A program made the position numbers and the translations under genes. From IMG/VR virus record IMGVR_UViG_3300021247_000536, positions 115 to 64,114 of that record: 64,000 nucleotides of DNA; one strand, given 5' to 3'. This document shows positions 55,368-64,000 of this stretch, in pieces. Source of the stretch: a virus. Position 1 is the first letter of the stretch. Each line of letters opens with the position of its first letter. The notes beneath the pieces were generated by a model that was not told the origin of the DNA, ran no database searches, and saw nothing but the letters and a program-made list of their open reading frames with translations.

Positions 55368-55880
55368 TTAGTTGAATGTTATTGTTAATGAAGATATTGC
55401 AACCTCTATTGCAACACCACGATTCTCTCCTCTTACCTGAATTTCAAGTACGGCTGGAGATGTACTTGGAATCTGTATAGTGACATTAAGGTTGTCGATG
55501 TTAGTATCAAGAGCAGATGATATTCCTGTGGCTGCAGCTATTGTCTGAGAGTTGGTGACGTCATATACTCGAACATCAAATGTACCTACTCCGCTAGGCC
55601 CCCAGATGTTTGCCAACATAGATGAAAACATTCCAGTACCAAGAGCTGTCCCTGGCCAAGTAAATCTTGCCACTCCAACAAATGTAATTGAAGACTCAAT
55701 CTTATATGTGTTAGTATCGCCATGAATAGGAATAGTTATCCAGTTCTGAGCACTGTCTCCAGCAGGACCAACAGGTCCAGTAGGGCCAGCAACTCCACGA
55801 TCTCCTTTAGGCCCTTGTTCACCACGTATGGTTTTTGGGCAACAGCTAGTGCACGATTTTTTTCCGCAAGATTTACACAT
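55368..55880 (-). CDS. Collagen-repeat virion protein with Cys-rich N-terminus
   Basis: MCKSCGKKSCTSCC then GEQGPKGDRGVAGPTGPVGPAGD. Confidence 0.75.
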   Translation of the reverse strand: MCKSCGKKSCTSCCPKTIRGEQGPKGDRGVAGPTGPVGPAGDSAQNWITIPIHGDTNTYKIESSITFVGVARFTWPGTALGTGMFSSMLANIWGPSGVGTFDVRVYDVTNSQTIAAATGISSALDTNIDNLNVTIQIPSTSPAVLEIQVRGENRGVAIEVAISSLTITFN

Positions 55881-55888
55881 GATCTTTA

Positions 55889-56464
55889 TCAGCAAGCACA
55901 CCTGCAGTTAAGCCGCAAGTATGTTATGATGTTGTCGGCGCTAACCATATCGTCGCAACAGATAGCCCTTTTTACCCTGTTCAAAAGAGCGCTCATCTCT
56001 GCAGTCTTGCGGCTCTTATCCTCACGGAATACATCGTCAAACTTAACGTTGTATGTCTTGGCTGTCATCTTATCAACACAGCATTCAACTTCTTTGATGA
56101 ACACTGCCGAAGCTGTGGCACTAAACTTGAACGTCAATCCCGCCTGAGCATGACCCGTAGGGTACGTACCCTCCATCTCTACTCGCACAGTCCACTTGCC
56201 AGACACAATACCATTGGCATTGACATCCCACGGCATGATCTGAAACTCAGACCCATCTCCAGGAAACTGAGAACCTAGATCTTTTACGATCTCGTATAGG
56301 TTTACAGGAGATTTGATATACGCTACGCATGATGTTACATACGAAGGAAGTATATTCAACGGACCATATCCATACGGATACTCAAACGTATAGTTTCCGG
56401 TGACGTCTTTGATCACGAATGATCCAACACGTTCTTCTAATTCTATTTTGGATACTAATGACAT
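55889..56464 (-). CDS. Putative virion protein
   Basis: 191 aa; ends CRCAC. Confidence 0.6.
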   Translation of the reverse strand: MSLVSKIELEERVGSFVIKDVTGNYTFEYPYGYGPLNILPSYVTSCVAYIKSPVNLYEIVKDLGSQFPGDGSEFQIMPWDVNANGIVSGKWTVRVEMEGTYPTGHAQAGLTFKFSATASAVFIKEVECCVDKMTAKTYNVKFDDVFREDKSRKTAEMSALLNRVKRAICCDDMVSADNIITYLRLNCRCAC

Positions 56465-56518
56465 TGGCGTAAAGTTAGTAATTATTATTACAAGTACACA
56501 TTGTTACCATCATTTTTT

Positions 56519-59500
56519 TTAGAACTTACCAGGCGCCGAACCTGATACACCAGACTGTATTTTAAGGAGTCTAGGGGTATCCATTATGAATTGAGTCTTT
56601 GAAATCTTGGCAGCCTCAGAGTAGAGCCTATCTAGCTTTTCAGCTCTATCCTCTATGCTGTCGTTATTCCAATCGTCGCTTCCTACATAGTGAGATACCA
56701 TCTCCTTACGCTTAGTGCCTACCAAGATCTGATATTGCTCGTACTCAGCTCCTGTGAGCATGACATCCTGCTTTGCTACAGTAATCTTCTGATCCGGCTT
56801 TGAAGGAATCATCTTGTTGCGGACATCAGACATGGACTTAGGGGTATCAAAATACATCTGCTGAATCTTGAATCCAACTGTCTCTGTGTCAGGACTATAA
56901 GACTGAACAGGATCGAACATGTAGTAAACCCAAGGGTTGGTGCCGGCAGGGGTAGAAGATACCTTCTCTCCCCATAGGGTGATCTTGCTAGGTAGTTCAT
57001 CGGCTGTCCCCATGATGCCAAGGTCTACACGAAGTCTGTTAAGGACCATGTCGCTAAGTTCTGTATCCTTACCTTCTGTTCTTGTCTCCTTGGTAAAGTC
57101 CATGCTCGCCTTACTTACGGATGATACAGTGTTTGGTATGAATATTTTTGACAGCGCTACTACGGTGTTAGTCTCAAACTTCTTAACCTTGTTTCCTTGC
57201 TCATCTCTAATTGCATCGATAACCCCGGCTATACCAGTCATGAACGATTGGTCAACCATAGCTTTGATGTTTGTAGAGGTGATGCCACCAAGTCCGCCTA
57301 GGCTCATCAACTCATCTATTCCATTGTCAATCTGGGTATCGTCTTTGTCTCTGTAGAAGTCAGCCCATGAAGATAGCGCAAGACCCATAGTTCCCATCTT
57401 TGAGTAGTTGATGGTGAAGTCTCCCTTTCGGAACTCGGCCCAGTTATTATCTCCAGATCCCATTCTGAACAATGCCGACAAGTTGAGTGATCTTGCGCGT
57501 ACATTCTCATACTGCATAGACTTTGCATCGTACTTCATCTCATCCTCATCTCCAGTCATCAAACCGTTTTTGATAAGGTTTGCAGCGAGCATAGCTACAC
57601 CCATAGCAACTGTAGCTCTTGAGAAGTATCTTATTGATTCTTCTTTATAATAAGCTGCCTTGAGTTGATTTCCAGCCTTCTCTTCCTTGACAGACTTAGC
57701 GGCAAATCCTGCAGAGTATGCAATTCCGAAAGCTGGATTAGTAAACTGGAATGTCTCAGTTAGCAAGTTTACAGGAGTTTTTGTAAACGGAATCACTGTA
57801 CCTATAAGCAGGTTAGCAAATCCAGAGATATGTCTACCCACTGCACCTTGTGAAAATTCAGCCATCTTTTTAGCGATGTCCGCCTGAGATCTATTCACAA
57901 GATCGGACATAATATTCTTCTGCTGGTATGTCATTTTCTCAGCATATTCATCGGCAATTGCGGCAGCGTCAGCAGGAGGATTAAATATAAATTCTAGCTT
58001 CTCGGCATTGTTCATATTGCGCAAAGAGCCATCTTTATTTTTTACATATGTTTGCTCAGCCAACGACACTAGCTTGCTTGATTTCGATATCTCAAAAGGA
58101 ATCTTATCACCTATAGCAAGTAGTCTTGACATAGCATCTGCTGGCATACCGAATGTAGCCTCAATGAATGCTGAGATTTTATTCTCTACATTGTTCAGTT
58201 CTACAGGAGACTTCTTTGAGAACAAATCTCTCCATGCCTGGAACGCATTCATAGAGTGACGCATGTTATACTTCTCTACGTCTTCGGATGTAGATCCGTA
58301 CTTGATCTTTCGAAGCCCTTCGCTAACGCCATAAGCAGCACCATATTTTATTCCTCCGAATATATCAAAGAATCCTTTAGAGTACCCAAGTGTAGATATA
58401 AACCCTTTGTATGGAATTGGCTTAGATTCTTTTCCAGAAACGTATCTTACAGCTTTCATTGCCAGTGCTGCCGACCAATGGATAGGCGAAGATATAGATA
58501 CAACAGCACCTCTAAGAACAATGGCTGGAAGGTATCCAAATACGTTGACAAGAATTGTTTGAGGGGTAAGCATGTTGAGCTTCATGATAGAAGCCAACGA
58601 CTGCCACACATCTCTTCCTTCTCTCATCTGCCTTCCGAGTCTTTCTCCTTCAAGTCTAGCTTTGAAGTCAGCATCTCTAACTGCATTGGCAGCATCTTCC
58701 GCTCTCTTTTCGTACTTGTCGACAACAGCTTTATATGCCGGAGACCCCTCTTGTAATCCAGAAAGAGCTGCCTTGTATTCATCTATGATCTTGGTGAATG
58801 CCTTCTCCTTCTCTCCCATATCCTTGATTGCAGATGTGTGAGAAAGGATAGCATCCTTCATCTTGTCATTCATCTGAAGACCAGAGTAGTAAGACGTAAG
58901 CGCCTCTTCAAGATTCTTCTTGTTTATTTGACCATTGGCATTGATAGCATTCGACAGATGCCCGTCGATACTTGTCTTGAATTTATCATCAAGCTTGGCA
59001 TAGCCAGGCATAAGGTTATCCATGATGGACTTCTTAGCGTCTGCAGCATTGCCGGTCTTGGAAGCGTTGATGATAGCCTTCTTGATCTTTCTTTGCGTTC
59101 TATTTGCCTTGATAAATTTCTGAGACTTCATCTTAACCTGAGCGTCAACAAACAGCTCAAGACCTTTAGGACTCATAGCTACAATCTGCTTCATTCGCTT
59201 GCTGGCGATAGAGACGGACTTAGCATATTGCCCGTTGATGGTAGAGAAAGATATGGCCGTACTAGCAGCTCTGTCTGCTGCAGCTTTCTTCGCTTGATCA
59301 GAAACATTCGGATCGTTTGCTATAGAGTCAGAATACTTAACTCGCTTGTCAAAGATCTCTGCAAGGATGAGGGCACGAGTGTGAGGCATCACATCAGGAG
59401 ACTTGGATACATCTGTCATATTAGCCTCAAGAATATCCATTGCCCCTTCTGCTTCGAAGTAATCGACGATAGCTTGTGCGTCAGAAACACTTGCAGCAAT

Positions 59501-62500
59501 AGTGTCAGGGATGTATGTTATCCCTTGCGCATTCAGAGAGTCTTTAACTTCAGTAGATACTAGATTGCTTCCAGCTATACGCTCGAGAGTCTTACTTGCC
59601 TTTGGACTAGCAGTCTTATTTTTTAAGGCATTAGCCTGAATAAGCTTTGCAATCTCAGCGTCAAGCATTGCCTCGAACTCTCCCTCTGAGATAACATTGT
59701 TGGCAATGTTATTCTTAATCGTAGGGTGATTCATCAGAGCCGACTTGAAGTTACCAAGGGCAACAGCTAGATCAACTCCTTTGTCAACAGCTTTCTTGAT
59801 AGCGTCTGTGGCAAAGTTTACTGTAGCTTCAACATCAAAGATGCTAGACTTAGAGATCTTTATTTTCTCTCCAGTCTCAGGGTTAGTAACGTACTGTCCT
59901 TCTGGATTGAAAAGAAACTTAGAAACTGCGTCTCTGATCTTGTCAATAGATTCTTTGATAGATGTTTTAGATGCAGCAACCTTCTCATCGTATGATTTAA
60001 TTGCATCGTCAACAACCTTCTTGGCTGTAGCGTCGGAGATTAGCCCATCCTCTACAGCTTTGATAACCTGATCTTTCAGCTGAGAGATCTTAGAAGGTCC
60101 ATTGATTATAGATGATGACTTAGCTTCTTCTGCTGTTGTATTGATAGCAGATAGAGTATCGGCATCATCCTGTACTTTAGCGTCAGCTCTTTCTGAGATA
60201 GCTTTGTCTACAGAACTCTTAGCGTATTCAGTTGACTTGGTATCTACTGCTGATTGAGCCACGTATGATGAGTCAACTTTTGTATCAAGATCAAGCCCAA
60301 CCTTGAATCCCATTACATTGCCGTCTTCGGTTCTGATAGCCGAAACGTAGTTGGCTTCAGGATTAGATGGATCTTCATTGAATGAATCTTCTTTAACAAC
60401 ACGAGGATTCATTGTACCATCCTGATAAACCATTCCCTCGTTAGTTACAACGCTATCCTGGTTGAATGTTTTAGTAAACTCTACAGCGTCAGAAACTGTA
60501 AGGCCAGGAACAAAGAAGCTATTCTCTGTCTGTCCGTACTTACCTGTCACTGGAGCTATCTCGTATCCGCGAGACTCTAGCCACTTAACAGCTTTCCCGT
60601 TTAGCTTTGAGTTTGCTGACGAAACAGTAGGAGTACCCATAGGGTTCTCACCGGTAATGATACCGAAGTTCTCCTCTTTAATGATACGCTCAATCTCATC
60701 CTTGTCAAAGTCTGACTTAGACATCTTGGCAACAGCATTGTCGAAGAATGATTTCTTAGATCTCTTCTCGCGTAAAGCTTCTTGAGCATCAACTGAAAGT
60801 TCGGTATACTTAACTCCTGCAACTTCCATTCGTTTGCCCATAGACATCTGCCCAGTCTTAGATACCATGTTGGTAATCTTCTTAGGCATGCCCTTCATGA
60901 GAGTCTTCATCTCTTGCTCTGTAGGTACCTTGTTGTACATGTACATGTCACGAGCAATCTCATAAGCATCATCGTATCTACCCTTCTCAGAAAGGTAATC
61001 ATAAGCTGCTTCTCCTATTGCTTCGTATTGAGCAGACTCTTTGTATTGAGACTCTTCCGGATGAGCTATGCGCTCCATGCCAGACTCTTCGTTTGAAGTG
61101 AAGTCTGATGCTGACTCATTGGTAGGCTTCAATGGAACAAGGGCGTCAGCTCTGAACTCAGGCATGTCAGTCTTCTTTCCTGTGCGGCTGTAATACCATT
61201 CGCCAACAGCCATCTGGTATCCATCCTTAGCGGCAAGATCAGCCATCTTCTTCTTGATAACCTCAGCTCTGTATGGAGTGTTCTGAGGTACGGTCTTTTC
61301 TACTTGCGCCTTGTATCCTTTTGGATCTGTATCCATAGGATACACTTTATCTTTTGATACACGGACAACATACTTATCTCCTCCAACCATACGCTCTCCA
61401 TCTGTTGGCTTTGTGTAGAATGAAGCTACCCCATACTGAGTTCCCTTCTCTGACTTAGATGTGCGAGTAGAGTAGAAATTACGACTGTCTATTCCCTTGC
61501 GGACAGACTTCTCATCAGCACTTGATACGTGGAAGAATACATAGTCATTGCCGTCTTCGGTGAGTCCAGATTGAACGTATGTATCGGCAACAACATCCAT
61601 GCGCTTACCGCGAGACTCTTGCATTGATGACACCCGCTCAGGCAGAAGACCTATCTTCTGCTCTGCGAATGGCCTATCTTTCATAGGGACAGACTTGATG
61701 GAACCATCTTCGTTTCTCATGTGAGGACCGAAGTTAACCCAAGAGTTTTGACCTCTTGTCTCTGTGGTCATAGCTCTTGCAGCTAATGGGCTGTACATAC
61801 GAACGTGAACATCCCATGCGTTTTCTTCTCCGATAGGACCAAAAGAGTTACCCCTTTCGCCATGGCCGAATGCATCGTGAACAAAACGGAACACGTCATT
61901 AGTCAACAAGCTTTTGCCGTTGATGTCTTTACGTCCGCTGTCCTTTAACAATGGGTTGTCGTTACGCTGCTTATCTGTTATCTTGTTTTGTCCAAAGTCT
62001 TTTTCAGTAGACAATACAAATAAATGCTTGTTGTTTCTTAAATCGTCAAGCATCTCTTGACTGTTGGCGTATGGCTCTCCCTTTCCTTCATATATCTCTA
62101 CAGCGTACCCTGCCTTAGTAAGCTCATCGAACTGATCAATAGTCTCAGTTGCCATAGCCTGATAAGCCGCCTTCACTTGAGGATCGTCTGGCGTATTCTG
62201 CATCTGTTCAAATGCGTCAGCTCTACGCTTTGCCTCTTCTACGTCTACTGTAGTTATCTTTTCTCCTGGGCCTGTTGTTATGCCATTGCGGTCCTTATAT
62301 GACTTAGATACATTGGCAATGTCTTCTACCGGCTCAGAGAACAATCTCCTTCCGCGAGACTCTTGGCCCTTTTTCCCATATGCCAATCCCTTAACGCCTT
62401 CAGATAAATTACCTCCATAGTAAATACTTCCAGCAGACATCTGAGAAGCTTTGGTATCATACAATTTACCAGATGGGCCAACTATAGTATTTGGATTAAA

Positions 62501-64000
62501 CAATTCATCTATAAGATATCCTCCATCCAAGTTGAAAGGATTCTTTCCAGGGAACTTAGCATTGAATAATGGATGCTTAACTCCTTTGTCCTGTATTGCA
62601 TTTGCGTCAGAGTTAGGGTCATTTTCAAATCCGTTGATAGCTACACCCCACAATCCTTCACTCATGTATAAGTCCGCGATCTGCTTAATACCTACCTCAT
62701 TAAAGATCTTCTCGGCATTAATTCCAAATTGATCATAAAGAGCTTTTGCTATAAACTTGTTTGGATTTTTTGAAATATATCCAGCCTGACCCTCCATCCC
62801 TTTCCTACTTGACTTGCGCGCTATTCCTGCAATTAGGTTTTCATTAATAGCACGTCTTGCCTTGAATGAAGCCGGAGCGTTCCCGCCTAAGTTGTAAGCT
62901 AAATCCTCTATCATCTGATCGATAATTTCTTTCGATGATAGATCTGCTGCTTTGTATTTATTTACAAAGTCATTGTACTTCTTTTCTCCAATAGCTTTTT
63001 TAAGAGACGCAATATCTTTACCGAAAAACTCCGACTTAAATTTGCTTGAGGATCGAATAGACTTTGGAAGCTGAGATATTCCATCGAGGATATATCTTAA
63101 TGAGTAAGAGTTGCCAAGCAAACTTACAGGGGCTTGAACTCCAACAAGAGTAACCCCGTCCTGTCCTTTATACAAATCTTTTATTAATCCAGAATGCGAA
63201 TTAACTTTACCAATGAGTGTACTAGCGAATCCAACTCCGTTGTCTACATTTTCTTTTATAGACATGTATCCTGGTCCGCCATACATAAATATCTTTTCTC
63301 CTGAAGGAAGAGTTAAGTTGCCCACCCTTGTAGGATCAGAGTTTATAATCGTAACCTTATCTTCGAACTGATCAAGAACATCTTCAAGTGATCTAGTCGG
63401 AAGCTTTACAGTTTCCTTTTCTTCATATACAGATTCAACAGGAGATGTTATAACCCTCGCCTGTCCAACTTTTTTTCTATCTATTGAACCAGCTATAATA
63501 TCAGATCCAGGAATATCTGTTTCAAGATCATAATTTATAGTATCCTCAAACTTCTTCACGTTCTCAGCACCAACAACTTCAGACATATCTCTTCCAGACT
63601 TAAGTACATCAGAGACTGCTTTGGCTTTGTTGATCAAAGTCTGCGTGTCGGTATCATTCATTACAGTGCCGAGGCCTAGCTTTGTTGCAACGGAATTGAT
63701 GAAGTTAATTACATTCTGCTTGAAAGATTTTGGCAACGCATCAAGATCAATCACTCCAGATCCAACTCGACCTATAAACTCAGCCACAGATTCATCGTCA
63801 ACACCTTCCTGTCCACCCTTTTTACGGTACGCTTCAGCAAACTTAATAGTGTCATCTATCTGAATCTTATTATCACCCTTAGCATTCTGAGATAGATTCT
63901 TTAGCCCTCTCACCATTGCATCGTAAGTAGGCTTATCTGTATTGCGTATGATGTTAAGAATAGGGTGAGCGCCTTCGTGCCAAACAACGGTAGTCCCCCA
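56519..64000 (-). CDS. Giant polyvalent virion protein, C-terminal >2490 aa (runs off the window end)
   Basis: Frame stays open upstream of the track's M at 63916 (WGTTVVWHEGAHPIL). Domains seen: HExxH, HDxxGH, ART-like, SAM-lyase-like and a long helical C-terminus. Confidence 0.9.
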   Translation of the reverse strand, partial: WGTTVVWHEGAHPILNIIRNTDKPTYDAMVRGLKNLSQNAKGDNKIQIDDTIKFAEAYRKKGGQEGVDDESVAEFIGRVGSGVIDLDALPKSFKQNVINFINSVATKLGLGTVMNDTDTQTLINKAKAVSDVLKSGRDMSEVVGAENVKKFEDTINYDLETDIPGSDIIAGSIDRKKVGQARVITSPVESVYEEKETVKLPTRSLEDVLDQFEDKVTIINSDPTRVGNLTLPSGEKIFMYGGPGYMSIKENVDNGVGFASTLIGKVNSHSGLIKDLYKGQDGVTLVGVQAPVSLLGNSYSLRYILDGISQLPKSIRSSSKFKSEFFGKDIASLKKAIGEKKYNDFVNKYKAADLSSKEIIDQMIEDLAYNLGGNAPASFKARRAINENLIAGIARKSSRKGMEGQAGYISKNPNKFIAKALYDQFGINAEKIFNEVGIKQIADLYMSEGLWGVAINGFENDPNSDANAIQDKGVKHPLFNAKFPGKNPFNLDGGYLIDELFNPNTIVGPSGKLYDTKASQMSAGSIYYGGNLSEGVKGLAYGKKGQESRGRRLFSEPVEDIANVSKSYKDRNGITTGPGEKITTVDVEEAKRRADAFEQMQNTPDDPQVKAAYQAMATETIDQFDELTKAGYAVEIYEGKGEPYANSQEMLDDLRNNKHLFVLSTEKDFGQNKITDKQRNDNPLLKDSGRKDINGKSLLTNDVFRFVHDAFGHGERGNSFGPIGEENAWDVHVRMYSPLAARAMTTETRGQNSWVNFGPHMRNEDGSIKSVPMKDRPFAEQKIGLLPERVSSMQESRGKRMDVVADTYVQSGLTEDGNDYVFFHVSSADEKSVRKGIDSRNFYSTRTSKSEKGTQYGVASFYTKPTDGERMVGGDKYVVRVSKDKVYPMDTDPKGYKAQVEKTVPQNTPYRAEVIKKKMADLAAKDGYQMAVGEWYYSRTGKKTDMPEFRADALVPLKPTNESASDFTSNEESGMERIAHPEESQYKESAQYEAIGEAAYDYLSEKGRYDDAYEIARDMYMYNKVPTEQEMKTLMKGMPKKITNMVSKTGQMSMGKRMEVAGVKYTELSVDAQEALREKRSKKSFFDNAVAKMSKSDFDKDEIERIIKEENFGIITGENPMGTPTVSSANSKLNGKAVKWLESRGYEIAPVTGKYGQTENSFFVPGLTVSDAVEFTKTFNQDSVVTNEGMVYQDGTMNPRVVKEDSFNEDPSNPEANYVSAIRTEDGNVMGFKVGLDLDTKVDSSYVAQSAVDTKSTEYAKSSVDKAISERADAKVQDDADTLSAINTTAEEAKSSSIINGPSKISQLKDQVIKAVEDGLISDATAKKVVDDAIKSYDEKVAASKTSIKESIDKIRDAVSKFLFNPEGQYVTNPETGEKIKISKSSIFDVEATVNFATDAIKKAVDKGVDLAVALGNFKSALMNHPTIKNNIANNVISEGEFEAMLDAEIAKLIQANALKNKTASPKASKTLERIAGSNLVSTEVKDSLNAQGITYIPDTIAASVSDAQAIVDYFEAEGAMDILEANMTDVSKSPDVMPHTRALILAEIFDKRVKYSDSIANDPNVSDQAKKAAADRAASTAISFSTINGQYAKSVSIASKRMKQIVAMSPKGLELFVDAQVKMKSQKFIKANRTQRKIKKAIINASKTGNAADAKKSIMDNLMPGYAKLDDKFKTSIDGHLSNAINANGQINKKNLEEALTSYYSGLQMNDKMKDAILSHTSAIKDMGEKEKAFTKIIDEYKAALSGLQEGSPAYKAVVDKYEKRAEDAANAVRDADFKARLEGERLGRQMREGRDVWQSLASIMKLNMLTPQTILVNVFGYLPAIVLRGAVVSISSPIHWSAALAMKAVRYVSGKESKPIPYKGFISTLGYSKGFFDIFGGIKYGAAYGVSEGLRKIKYGSTSEDVEKYNMRHSMNAFQAWRDLFSKKSPVELNNVENKISAFIEATFGMPADAMSRLLAIGDKIPFEISKSSKLVSLAEQTYVKNKDGSLRNMNNAEKLEFIFNPPADAAAIADEYAEKMTYQQKNIMSDLVNRSQADIAKKMAEFSQGAVGRHISGFANLLIGTVIPFTKTPVNLLTETFQFTNPAFGIAYSAGFAAKSVKEEKAGNQLKAAYYKEESIRYFSRATVAMGVAMLAANLIKNGLMTGDEDEMKYDAKSMQYENVRARSLNLSALFRMGSGDNNWAEFRKGDFTINYSKMGTMGLALSSWADFYRDKDDTQIDNGIDELMSLGGLGGITSTNIKAMVDQSFMTGIAGVIDAIRDEQGNKVKKFETNTVVALSKIFIPNTVSSVSKASMDFTKETRTEGKDTELSDMVLNRLRVDLGIMGTADELPSKITLWGEKVSSTPAGTNPWVYYMFDPVQSYSPDTETVGFKIQQMYFDTPKSMSDVRNKMIPSKPDQKITVAKQDVMLTGAEYEQYQILVGTKRKEMVSHYVGSDDWNNDSIEDRAEKLDRLYSEAAKISKTQFIMDTPRLLKIQSGVSGSAPGKF

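Noticed and set aside
1-64000. Stop-codon reassignment, as in some crAss-like phages
   Set aside because: Long genes are intact in the standard code, and TAA, TAG (MCP) and TGA all serve as true stops.
56519-64000. Virion RNA polymerase in the giant protein
   Set aside because: No DxDxD-type catalytic motif or other RNAP signature seen in the visible part; the missing part cannot be judged.
1-64000. Integrase, repressor-based lysogeny module or IS elements
   Set aside because: No recombinase or transposase motifs seen.

Overview
This window is most of the genome of a lytic, podovirus-like tailed phage of Bacteroidota. The host call rests on repeated TTG-N19-21-TAnnTTTG promoters and AT-rich leaders without Shine-Dalgarno sites. 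Gene order (TerL, portal, scaffold, MCP, three ring proteins, lysis genes, large tail protein, ejected proteins) recalls crAss-like and Cellulophaga phi38:1-like podoviruses; this is from memory, not a search. Layout: minus-strand head/tail/lysis/ejection module (1-22.7 kb); mixed accessory block with a fibre-like gene, DnaA-domain-IV-like protein, HNH, zincin and metallophosphoesterase (22.8-31.5 kb); ~1.3 kb non-coding putative terminus/origin (31.5-32.8 kb); plus-strand early genes (33-43 kb); replication/recombination genes (43-52.8 kb: Cas4-like, SbcC-like, SNF2, beta clamp, primase-helicase, SSB; no DNA polymerase seen); minus-strand Cys-rich virion genes and a >2490-aa polyvalent virion protein (53-64 kb). 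The most striking unexplained signal is a family of covarying, anticodon-less tRNA mimics (7-bp acceptor stem + 5-bp T-stem with 7-nt loop + D-loop-like linker + discriminator + CTA) placed just upstream of early genes. It occurs together with a ~400-nt structured RNA and an aberrant full-length tRNA, which suggests a tRNA-mimic RNA processing or decoy system. The giant virion protein carries HExxH, HDxxGH, ART-like and SAM-lyase-like domains, and a second SAM-lyase-like gene lies in the early region. All function calls come from motif recognition by eye.
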